Shown here: piece after piece, positions 1 to 10,604 of the stretch
Layout of the letters: every line of letters begins with the position of its first letter
Numbering within the stretch: position 1 is the stretch's first letter
Source: Dicyema japonicum
Taxonomy: Eukaryota > Animalia > Dicyemida
Direction of reading: 5' to 3'
Length of the DNA stretch: 64,000 bases
NCBI GenBank assembly: GCA_011109175.1
Contig: RDEW01000036.1
Coordinates: 375,583-439,582, forward strand
Translations under genes and position numbers: made by a program
The notes under the pieces: generated by a model
What the model saw: the letters and a program-made list of their open reading frames with translations, nothing else
Databases searched by the model: none
What the model was told of the DNA's origin: nothing

Positions 1-225
1 AGCTTACTACGCTGATTAGCCACTAAGAAATATTAATTTAAAATTTGTCGCAGTGCTGAATTAAAAAATATTACAAAAAATAGATTTTAAAGTAAAATAT
101 AAAAAATTATTAAAATAGAGTATCTAAAAAACAAATTTTATATTTTTAAATTAAATTTCATGATTTCACTAATAAATCGGAAAACCCTGTAACTAAATTA
201 AAAAATGATTGAATAATAATTACAA

Positions 226-962
226 ATGACGACAAATGCAATAGTAGCATTTCAGTATTCCAATTCAGTGATAATCGCCTCTGATTCTGTCATGGAAAAT
301 GATGTTCCTCAATGTAACCTTTTAATAATTTTCTGATGGCGACGAACTTTGCTGTAGAATATATCAAATCACAATGTCTCTCGCCGTTGGAATGGTCGGA
401 ATAGCACGTGAAATTATAGAGTTATACAACATATCAGTAAATTATGCCCAGTTCACGTTATAATAAATAAAAGTCAATATTTTCAACGAAATCAACACAA
501 CATATCAATAACCAACTTTACCAACAAATTTAGAGCGTACATGCTCAGTCGATCACAAAGCACGGTGCTGACTTTTTATATTCCAGGAAGTCATAATCGT
601 CGGACTTGAATCGGGCTTCTCTAGGATGATCAAATTAGACGTCAAAGCGAATATATTCATAAACAGCATATGTTGTATTGGACCTTCTCAGAAAATGGTT
701 ATGGATAAGATATCCTCCCCGTAATATATTCATATCACTCATAGACTTACTAAATCCCCACCCATAACTACCTGTGATGCTGTTCGTATTGCCTTCAATG
801 CTCTATTTGTTGTGGCGCCTTTAAATCGATTAGGTGTTTATACTAAAAGTAGTACTTTGGGTTATTTTAGTGTGGAATCTCAACTCGATCACGAAAAAGG
901 GAGATTTTATAAATCAAAGTGCAAATATTCATTTGGAAAGAGATCATTTTTTGGCTTCTTGA
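226..962 (+). CDS. Divergent proteasome beta-subunit-like (Ntn-hydrolase) protein, spliced, ~5 mini-introns
   Basis: Manual splicing gives MTTNAIVAFQYSNSVIIASDS...CRIYQITMSLAVGMVG...EVIIVGL...ICCIGPSQ...TCDAVRIAFNAL, which follows the proteasome-beta motif order (TT-iva-y-gViiAaDS, KI-qI, a-GsG, eA-lA-AL). Some intron boundaries are uncertain. Confidence 0.55.
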
Positions 963-999
963 TATTAAAATTCTGAAATATTAAAGAATTTATAAGATT

Positions 1000-1900
1000 C
1001 ATAGCAATTAGAAACACACAGCATTTTTCGTGATAGGCATGGTACTTATAGCTCCGCACGGGCGGACAGACAAGTGGAGACCAGCTCTAAGCGCCATATG
1101 TTTTTTGAAATCCTTCGAACGGCAGAGTCAGAACGGGGCAGTTAGAATTAACTAATAATACAATAAGTGATGCATAAAAGAAATCAAAACAGTACGAAAA
1201 TGAGAACATTTAATCTCATCAGGTCTCTCTTGTCGTTCGGTTTATTAAGAATTAGATATATGTTAAATCTGACTCAGCTTATTCGCCTTCTTTTAGAGAC
1301 AGGCCCAGTCACACTTTAGGCTCTTTGTATTAAATGGGAAGTAATGAGATGAGTATTCCTTCCAGCAATTTCCTCATTCTGACTTTCAAGCAAACAACAT
1401 CCTTCAATAGCTCGTTCATTGTCGATCATTCAAATATCAATATAAGTTTCCCACAAACCGTTCTTTGTGACCAACCATATTTATGTTCTACCTGCATTCT
1501 CTCAGGACTCTTTCTGATAGCAACAGTCTGAATATATGTTTGTATAGTGTCATCCACGTTGAGTGTGCTTTGATTGTGTTTATAGAATTTGCTCACAATG
1601 CCATCCATGTTCGTATATTAGTACTATGTTTACTTTAGCATTGTGAATTAATACCACTTCGCTAGCAAGGATCGTATTTATGAAGTTTTTCAAATTTTCA
1701 GAGAAATCTCCTTTGGTCTGCAGGAATTGAGCACGCAATAAGAGTTACCCCTTATTATTTCGAGCCCAATGTTCTAAAGAGCCATATAATCATTCTAGAC
1801 TCTCCATTCCTCAATCCTACGAGCCATCTGAAATTAACTAATTTATGTTTGAAATTAAAAAGGTATAGAAAATTCGGTATTCAAAAATAAAAATCGTGGA
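1000..1900 (-). mobile_element. Probable heavily decayed LINE 3' remnant with GC-rich structured end
   Basis: Intronless broken reading frames on the minus strand and a GC-rich hairpin block at 1039-1097. Weak evidence. Confidence 0.25.
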
Positions 1901-1974
1901 GTTTTGTAGACATGCAATCTTTCTCAACGAGGGGCGATTTTTTAATTAGTGATATTTTTTTAATTATTTATTTA

Positions 1975-2085
1975 TTATTTATTAAAACCACAAATCACCG
2001 ATAAATTAAATAACTACATAGCCGTCAAGTGATTCCGGCGCCTCGAATAGCTATCTCATTCTTGCTTGGTGTTCCTCTCTGTTGT
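1975..2085 (-). mobile_element. Short 3' end of an Ingi/Vingi-like LINE
   Basis: Homologous to 63110-63215. Encodes EEHQARMR..., like the C-terminus EEHRKNLSILLRRTGIT* of the 35.7-kb element, and has a (TAA)n-like tail. Confidence 0.6.
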
Positions 2086-2650
2086 GGACTGCAAAGGACT
2101 TCATCCGTTTTCTTGCAGTTTCAGCAGAGGCCGGTTCCTGAAGCATGCCGCAATCAACGGGGTTGTGAAGCTTTCTCTCGAGGCGGGTGGATTCCCGTCA
2201 TCTCTGGAACCTGTGAGCCTGGAATGTGGAGATAGAAAGCGCTCAGACGGGTTAACTGTCTTTCCCTTTTTTCGGGGAAATACTTGATTTGGGATGGGGC
2301 CTGTAACGAAACCTTCTCCCAGTCGAGACTTGCTGGTTCCACATTGAAAGTTGGGGAGGCTGCTCGGATTTCAAGAATTTCAAGATTAGAAATACTACAG
2401 TCTCATTTCACCAGATATCATGTACAGCCTGTTGTCGTCGAGATAAGCTGAGTTTTTTGGCTCAAGATGGTCTCTTTCCTAAGATCGCTTGGGTTAATGA
2501 TATGGAAAGTGAGTAATGAGCGTCGAGAAACAAATGGCAGTTACATAGATTTCTCTGGCAGTTCTCAAGGGAAACAGTCATTCTATCCTGTTAGCTGATT
2601 ATTTTGATTGCCTTATAACGTAATAAATTGTTTTTGATTGAAAAATAAAT
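2085..2650 (+). mobile_element. CRE-like non-LTR retrotransposon 3' remnant (restriction-like endonuclease)
   Basis: FLKHAAINGVV...LEP...DRKRSDGLTVFPF..G.YLIWD, colinear with 9990-10470. Confidence 0.8.
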
Positions 2651-2799
2651 AATACAGCATGAAACCTTTTGATGGTACCTGTTAAAATGGTACTTAACCG
2701 CTACTTTCCTGCATATATCGTTAATTGTTACTTAAAATCATTATAGAGACACAAGATTTTCAATTTTTAACAAATTTAAATCAGATCCTAAAAAACTCG

Positions 2800-2935
2800 G
2801 GCGCTATCCATTTCCACGATCCAGGCCCACCGGTTCCAGAGATGATGGGAATCCAGCCGCCTCAAGAGAGCACTTCACAACCCCGTTGATGGCAGCATGC
2901 CTCCAGAACATGTCACTGCTGAGATGGCAAAGTCT
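2800..2935 (-). mobile_element. Small inverted CRE-like fragment
   Basis: The reverse complement resembles 2115-2250 (gcatgc...caacggggttgtgaag...ggattccc.tcatctctggaacc). Confidence 0.6.
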
Positions 2936-3467
2936 AGTATCATTACTGTAGTTATTATGGGGGTGGGGGTGATAAATTATTTATAGGGACGAAAATTTTT
3001 TCATAAAAGTGGTAAAACAGGTAAAGGTTTTATCGTCGTCAGTTCCTCTATCATTTGTCCCTTCCTCTTAACAATAATCGATTCAGTTCGATTAAACAGG
3101 GTTAGTTACCTGTTTCCAAAGACATTTCCTTAGTGACCTATTTCGACGAGTTCTTCTGACTGCTCTTCTGGCACAGTTGTTGAAAGGGATCTTTTTACCT
3201 TCTCCCAGACCAAATCCACAGGTGAAGATTGCCATTATGAAAAATCTCATCCATGAATGAGGTGATATCCGCGACGGTAGGACATGTGATGATAATGGAA
3301 AACGGTGGACCTACTTCTCCACCTCTTTTCTGAAGCGTAGACTGTAATGGACAATTGTAGAATTTATTTGGTAACCACAAGTTCTTTCGGTGAAAGAGTA
3401 TATTACAGAGGATAAGCTTTATCATAGACAGCATAAAAATTAACCCAAGTTAAAGAAAATGGTAATA

Positions 3468-4296
3468 TCAAAATTTGAGTAATATTGACCTAGAAAGTTC
3501 GGTGGGTCTTGTCCACTTTTTGAAATAATGAATAACAATGAATATCAATATGACCACTGCCAATAAAATAGTAGTCACGATTATTGTGATTTTGTGATTA
3601 TTAGGAAATGACTTGTTTGAGACATTACTTGAATTGGAACAGCTTTGCACTAAAATATACAAATCAAAGTAAACCATAACCGACATATCCAGTAATATCC
3701 TCATCCTTGAATAGTTGGAACTTTAAACAGAAACATTGAGAGAGACACCATTGGAAAACTTTTTAAAGATAATTTGACATAGAAAGTACTGAGTATATTT
3801 AATAAACTGCCGATCAAATTTGATTGTTAAATTATCAGAATTATCTAAGAATAAATGATGTTAATTACCAATGGATAATTCGATCTTTTCAGGTAATATT
3901 GCTTGTCGGATACCAAGGGAATCGTGAAATATAAATCAACGTCTTTCGATGATAAAATTACAACGATTTTATCTTTCAATGAACTTTCAATTAATCGGAC
4001 ATTTGTTTTATTGAGTGTATAGCTTAGATTCTGACATTAAAGGTTAGTTTACGCTTACCCTTTTGGTGTGGTCGACTTTTATATTTACATTTAAAATTCC
4101 AATTAGTTCATTATTTTCATTATGTATGAAATATATATTTGGATTTGGGATGTTTTTTTCTAATTTTTGGGTGCATGCGATTGCTAAGTTCAATTAATAG
4201 TAAATGACAACCATTATCAGTATAAACCATTTGATTCAGAACTACAGGACTTACTAAGATAATTAATAATTCATAAGCATATAAGGATATGGGCAT
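3468..4296 (-). CDS. Uncharacterised type I membrane protein, family member 1 (frameshifted or pseudogene)
   Basis: Signal-like start MPISLYAYELLIILVSPV, then YFLCQIIFKKFSNGVSLNVS, a phase-1 intron before VQSC, and TM ITIIVTTILLAVVILIFIVIHYF. The 5' end is homologous at nucleotide level to 22970-23075. Confidence 0.6.
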
Positions 4297-4744
4297 TTAT
4301 AGGTTATTATTTATAAGTTATTTTATAAATATTAAATTATTATTAATTTAATAAAAAATTAAATAAATAAGATTTTTTTGTTATTTATAATTTATTTAGC
4401 AAAAAGTTAATTCACTTCGCTACTTAGGAAAGCTACAATCCGTAGTCACGGATTCTGATTACTCCGCGTCAGTGAGAAAGATGGAATCTCTCGTACCCTC
4501 TCCAAATCCAAGGAAAAAGATGACTGATTTGGAAAAAAGTTCTCTTCCCCAATCAGATTCCTCTGTAAGAAGGAGAAGGCTATTTTGTAGTGAAAAATGG
4601 AAGACCGCAGACATTGGGTAGTTCAGTTGATTGCGGGGACTTTGATCACTTAACTACTTGACGTTTTTTCTTTCTTTTTTTCGGTAATCCCTGGGTTCTA
4701 TATAATAACTAAAATATTTTGTTTTTCACGTAAGTCACCTGATC

Positions 4745-4950
4745 ATGGACAACGCTGTTTTCAGTTGTTGCGAACGGACCCAACTTATTTCCCTTACCAA
4801 GCGACACAAAATAGTTTGTTTGGTAGTGGTTACGGGAAGAGCGCCAAGCTACCGTTCTTCTTTAATCAGGTGTGGTGACGTTGAACCTAACCCTGTACCA
4901 GAGTCATTTCAGCGAAAGTTGAAGATATTGCAGTTGAACATAACTTGTTC
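4745..4950 (+). mobile_element. 5' remnant of an Ingi/Vingi-like LINE with a degenerate 2A motif
   Basis: SLIRCGDVEPNPVP followed by KLKILQLNI, the start of an APE endonuclease. Confidence 0.65.
4821..4950 (+). repeat. 130-bp direct repeat, copy 1 (putative long TSD)
   Basis: Matches 7166-7295 with 2 substitutions by eye. Confidence 0.95.
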
Positions 4951-5665
4951 GGAACGGAACGGAAAAATTTTTATTAGGCAAAACAAGTAGTTAGAAATTA
5001 GGGAAGAACTAGACTAAGAACCCTTTCACCGCCTTGCGGCAGCGTTTTCGTGGCATCACTTTCGTCTTCCCCGTGCCTCCTTCTTTAATTTAGTTTCAAG
5101 ATCTTTTTAATAACTTCCTCCGGGTCCTTAAAATCCGGATATCCTCTTTCGAACAGCGGCGCTCGTATTGCCCGCCGCCGAACCTTCCTCAAGTTGGTGA
5201 GGCACTTTTCGCGTTCCTCACTGCAATACCAGGAGTGCGCACCATAAGTGAGCATAGGCAGCACCATGGCGTTGAACACTTTGGCCCAGGCATCGCGACT
5301 CAGCTGAAAAGCCCTCAACGCTCCTAGTCTTTGCACAGCCCGCCTCTTAACGAGGGCGGTGTGCTCCTCGAAACTACACTTGGAGTTGAATGTCACTCCA
5401 AGGTAGCTCGTCCGCCCAGTAACCTCTATAGGTACCCCATAGATGGTTACTCTAGGTATTAAATTATTAGACCGCTTAGGGCGGCCAAAAACTAACAACT
5501 TGCATTTCTCAGGTCTCAGCCTAAGTCTTCTGCTCCAACACCAGCGTATGATTTCATTGACGGCTACTTGAATCCTCCGACACGCTACATCTGGTTTCCA
5601 CGAGTGATCCCAGAGTACTATGTCGTCCGCATAGACAGCCATCTCCGTCCTCACATTGGCCGGGT
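4951..5665 (-). mobile_element. 5'-truncated APE-type LINE 3' end (RT C-terminus, 3'UTR, AATAAA, (TTCCG)n tail)
   Basis: ORF 5085..5792 contains YADD, YLGVTF and LTYGAHSW. The minus strand ends ...cctaataaaaatttttccgttccgttcc. Confidence 0.9.
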
Positions 5666-6060
5666 GGGGGGAATAGGGGGGTGGTAAAATTTTTGTAAAA
5701 AGTGCATTTGTTGATTTTAACGGACCGGGCACCTTTAGAAGAGCCTTGGTTTTATAAAGGAAGCCAGCTTGTCTGCTTGATTGAGGACGCATCTGTTCTT
5801 TTGCATGGTTTTATCACTCAAAAGGCATTTTTCACTGCAGGGTATTACTGAAATGAAAAAAAGGTGTATCCATTCAGTGAAGCAATTTTATCGGTGTGGG
5901 CAATTGTCGGTTGATTATTATAAAAGGGTCCTATATTACAGTGAAAGGCAGTTCTTTGCAGTATACTGCATCATTTTGTTGCACAAGTGCTTTTAGCACG
6001 GTTACTAAATGTAAATACATGCATAAGCCCATGTAAGTGTGGGTTATTGCTGTGAAAAGA
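5666..6060 (+). other. Putative rDNA 5' external transcribed spacer fragment
   Basis: Lies directly upstream of the 18S 5' end and RT homology stops at ~5665. Identity as ETS is inferred from position only. Confidence 0.5.
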
Positions 6061-6896
6061 TAGCTGGTTGATCCTGCCAGTAGTCATATGCTTATCTTAC
6101 AGATTAAGCCATGCAAGTGTAAGTTCATGCTCTCTAATGAGCGAAACCGCGAACGGCTCATTAAATCGGACATAACTTACTTGATAATCTCACACGACGG
6201 TGGATAACTGTTGTAAATCTAGAGCTAATACATGCGTACAGCTTCTCGAAGCGCAATTATTAGAATTAGTTGACTCTGGATAAACTTGCTGATCACAGGC
6301 AGTGCCTGCGACGTATTAATTAGATGTCCGCCCCATCAATTTTCGACGGTGAGGTAGTGGCTTACCGTGGTTACAACGGGTAACGGGGAATCAGGGTTCG
6401 ATTCCGGAGAGGGAGCATGAGAAATGGCTGCCAGATCTATGGATTGCAGCAGGTGCGTAAATTATCCACTTTTGGCATAAAGAGATAGTGATGATAAATA
6501 ACGGGATCTGGGCATTTGTTCAGAGATCGTAATGAAATAATCGTAAAAGCTTTAATGAAGGCAATTGGAGGGCAAGTCTGGTGCCAGCAGCCGCGGCAAT
6601 TCCAGTTCCAATAGTGTATAAAAGTTGCTGCAGTTGAAAAGCTCGTAGTTGGATCTCGGTTTGCTTGTGTGTAATACATGCAAGTAGGCCATTGCTGTAG
6701 TTAGTCTATGGCTTTACCTTGAACAAAATAGAGTGCTTAAGGCAAGCATTCTGCTTGAATATCTCAGCATGGAATAATAGAAAAAGACTTTTCTATTGGT
6801 TAACAGTAGCAAAGTAATGATTAACAGAGACAGACGGGGGCATTCGTATTGCACCGCTAGAGGTGAAATTCGTAGACCGGTGCAGGACGAACTACA

Positions 6897-6945
<49 letters not shown>

Positions 6946-7086
6946 AGTATCGAAGTCGATTAGATCTCGTCGTAGTTCCAACTATAAACGATGCCAACTA
7001 GTACCCCGCTAATAAGTATTTGTACATTAGCGGGTTGCTTCCGGGAAACCAAAGTCTTTGGGCTCCGGGGGAAGTATGGTTGCAAA

Positions 7087-7135
<49 letters not shown>

Positions 7136-7165
7136 GCGGCTCAATTTGACTCAACACAGAAAAAC
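6061..7165 (+). rRNA. 18S rRNA: 18S rRNA gene fragment (5' ~1.1 kb, 3'-truncated orphan copy)
   Basis: Universal motifs ctggttgatcctgccagtagtcatatgct, gtgccagcagccgcgg and aaacttaaaggaattgacggaagggcaccaccaggagtggagcctgcggc. Stops at gactcaacacagaaaaac. Variable regions are short. Confidence 0.97.
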
Positions 7166-7295
7166 TGGTAGTGGTTACGGGAAGAGCGCCAAGCTACCGT
7201 TTTTCTTTAATCAGGTGTGGTGACGTTAAACCTAACCCTGTACCAGAGTCATTTCAGCGAAAGTTGAAGATATTGCAGTTGAACATAACTTGTTC
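7166..7295 (+). repeat. 130-bp direct repeat, copy 2
   Basis: Matches 4821-4950. Confidence 0.95.
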
Positions 7296-7499
7296 AACAT
7301 CCCCCTACGTTTTTAACATCCCCCTTCTTTCAGCAGATGGGAGATTCACAATATTTTCGCTTGCGCAAGAGCACCTAATGTCGTCATGAAGGTATTAGAA
7401 AAAGAAAACGAATTGCAGCTCGCTTCCTAATGGTCCCATGGCTCCTACAATCTATTTATTATACCAGACGTTCCACAGTTCTACCTGGTAAATCTCTTA

Positions 7500-7940
7500 A
7501 AATTCTTTAACCTTACCTGTTTGTCTCTTTATTCTAAAATTGAAGATTAAGTAATTATTTCCTCAGTAAAGGGGGCAGTTACAAGAACAAACAGAAAAGG
7601 CTTAATTTTCGGTGATCGAATGTAATTGTTGCTCGTTAGGGAAACTGGCTCGAAACACCTAATTATCCATAAATTTGGAATACATAGTTGAACTTACTCG
7701 ATTAGCTTCATTAATAAATATCTGCAAATCTGAAAACTATTAAGGACTTTAGTATGCACATAAAGTATCGTAAATCATCGCCAATATTGTTTTTTATTTT
7801 AGTACTTGCCTGTGTAGAATTGTATTTAAAAATCCTGGAAGATATCTTAAAAATTACTAAAACTATTCGATCAATAACAACACAATACGAAGAAGAATGA
7901 CCAGTAAAATCATCGGCGTGATAGACGAACAATGTACTAC
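7500..7940 (-). pseudogene. Degenerate member of the type I membrane protein family, 5' part lost next to the CRE insertion
   Basis: DDLRYFMCILKSLIV..DLQIFINE, an intron before CFEP, and hydrophobic PFLFVLVTAP. Contains frameshifts. Confidence 0.4.
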
Positions 7941-7944
7941 TTTA

Positions 7945-10528
7945 GGTGATTTACCGTCAACTCGGAGAGGTTGCAAAAGGAACAGAGGATATCTTTTAAC
8001 TCACCCAGTTTACCTACGTACGTTGGTAAAGAAGGGGTGGCCCACATCATAGACGAGCCTTAGGAAATATTTGCTTGTTTTCTTCTGGAAATTTGTTCAG
8101 TGACTCCCGAGAATATACCTTCAAGCCCTCAAACCACGAGAACCATGCCTCAGAAACACAAAGATTGAGAAGAGCGATACATCGCAAACTATCTGAAGGT
8201 GGAGTCCGGGCCGCCGTGAGGACTCTAGAAGAGCATAACCGTCTAATTGAGCCAACTGAACACTCCTACGATGCACTGGTTGAACGACATCCTGGTCCGC
8301 CAGTGGACGAGCAGATCCCTACTTGCTCTGGAGAATTACCTAGTCTGATTATTTCTGAGGGGGACGTGAAAGATGCGATCCTCTCATTCGCCCCGAGCAG
8401 CAGTGGCGGACTCGACGGACTCCGTCCAGGACACCTAAAAGACTTAATTGATCAGAATACGGGGAACTCTGGTGTTCGGCTATTATCGGCTATAACGAGG
8501 TTAATCAACAGAATGCTTTCCGGAAGATTACCAGAAGCAATCCGTCATATTATGTTTTCCGCCAAGTTAATTGCCTTTGATAAATGTGGAGGAGGAATTC
8601 GTCCTATTGCTGTTGGGTTTGTTTTTCGTCGACTGGCTTCTAAACTTGCTAGCAGAGCAATCCTTCCGATGCTTGTCAAACAACTGCGACCAACCCAAGT
8701 AGGGGTCGGTACTCCTGGTGGATGTGAGGCGGCGGTTCATGCCGTTCGGATGTTTACTGGAAACAGAACGAACATGCCTTGTGTGGTCCTCAAGATTGAC
8801 ATAAAAAACGCCTTCAATACCATACGGCGCGATGTAATTTTGGAAGATTGTCTTACCCATTACCCGTCTATATATAATTATGTTCATTGTTCGTATGGAA
8901 AACCGTCCAGTCTTGTACATGGGAAATACTTCATTCCCTCGTCGTGTGGGGTTCAACAAGGAGACCCACTAGGACCGGCATTGTTCTGCCTCGGTGTCGA
9001 CCGTGTCATGAGATGCCTTACTACTCCGCTGAACGTGTGGTATTTGGATGATTGCACCCTGGGAGGTCATCCTAACAATGTATATGACTGTCTACAGAGA
9101 TTACAAACACAATTGGATACGCTTGGTTTAAAGCTAAACGCAGCCAAATGCGAAATTGTTAATTATGGATTCTCCCGATATGAATGGAATCGGATCCTAT
9201 TAATGTTTCGGGGGATTATTCCTAAAATATCGGAAATCGAGCCGGATCATTTGGAAATACTTGGATGCCCTCTGGCTGAAACTGGAATTAACGACACTCT
9301 GTTGGCTAAAGAACAGCAACTAAGAAAAACTTTTTTACGCCTTGGGATGCTGGATGCACATACCTCTCTTTTTCTCATGAAAAACGCTTTATCCACGCAG
9401 AAATTAAATTACGTCCTTCGAGGGCTCCATGTTACCTGAAAATGCAACAACTCGGGGCGATTGACTCCCTATTCCGGTCTACGACCGAACGTATTACTAA
9501 TGTCGAATTCGACGAACAAGGATGGGAACAAGCAACCTTGCCCGTTCGCTTTGGTGGACTCGGAATTCTCTCACCATCTGATTTGGCACACCCGGCATAT
9601 CAATCCTCATTGGACTCCAATCAGAATTTGATCATGATGATTCTCCAGCTCCCATCAGAGTCGTCAAAGATCGAAGATTTGGTACACCCTAAAGTCAAAC
9701 AACTCGGGCAGAGAGACCTTTATGAGTCTGTTTGCGAGGATAAATACGAGAGGCTTTTGAAAATATCTAACCAACACCGACGAGCCTGTCTTTTAACTGC
9801 AAGATGCGAGTGGAGCGGGGCTTGGATCAATGCCCTACCATTGGAAACGTGGGAACTCACCTAGACGATGAAACGGTCCGCACCGGAGTCTCCATCAGAC
9901 TTGGATTGAAAGTTTGTCAACCCCATGAGTGCCGATGCGGCCGGAAGGTCGACTGCTATGGACATCATGCCCTTTCTTGTCGAAAAAGCGCAGGTCGATT
10001 CGCTAGACACAAGGCTATAAATGAAGTGGTAAGCGCGCCCTCGAGTTTGGCGGGATACCCATCATTCTAGAGCCAACGGGCTTGAGTAGGGATGATGGGA
10101 AGCGACCGATGGAATTACTGTCTTCCCCCTTCTCTCGGGCAAATGCTTAATTTGGGATGCTGCCTGTACTGACAGCTTTTCCCAGTCGAAACTTTTGAGG
10201 TCGGCAATGAAAGCGGAGAGGCCGCCCGTTTATATGAAAACTCAAAAATAAAGAAATACAGCAGCCTCCTAAACCGTTTCAATGTACAGCCAGTGGTCGT
10301 CGAGACGAGCGGAGTCTTTGGCCCCAAGACGGTCTCTTTCCTTAGAGCACTTGGGTGTCTATTGACCAAAGCCTCGAGGGAGCGTCGGGAAACCGAGTGG
10401 CTTTTCCAAAGGATATCCCTGGCAGTAGTCAGAGGTAACAGCCACTCGATCATATCCGCTGGACTTTAGAACGATTTCATTGTTATTGTTAAAATAAAGT
10501 ATTTTATTTAAAAAAAAAAAAAAAAAAA
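7945..10528 (+). mobile_element. CRE-clade-like non-LTR retrotransposon (RT, zinc motif, RLE) with poly(A) tail, 5'-truncated
   Basis: GGIRPIAVG, KIDIKNAFN, GVQQGDPLGP, WYLDD; CRCG..D.YGHHALSC; R(P)DGIT..WD; AATAAA then an A-run at 10510-10528. Confidence 0.92.
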
Positions 10529-10584
10529 TTCAATAAAAATAAAAATTAATATATTTATAAAAAATAAAAAATCAAATTTTAATA

Positions 10585-10597
10585 ATTACCTGGATAC
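10585..10597 (+). promoter_or_regulatory. X-box-like (RFX) motif ATTACCTGGATAC
   Basis: Ends 7 nt before the MKS1 ATG. A 12/13-identical motif precedes EFCAB2. Confidence 0.6.
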
Positions 10598-10604
10598 CCT
10601 CAAA

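Noticed and set aside
5666-5792. N-terminal extension of RT ORF 5085..5792
   Set aside because: It is read-through across the chimeric junction into non-RT sequence.
6437-6932. ORFs antisense to 18S
   Set aside because: Chance ORFs within rRNA sequence.
6061-7165. Functional rDNA unit
   Set aside because: The 18S is 3'-truncated and no ITS, 5.8S or 28S follows.
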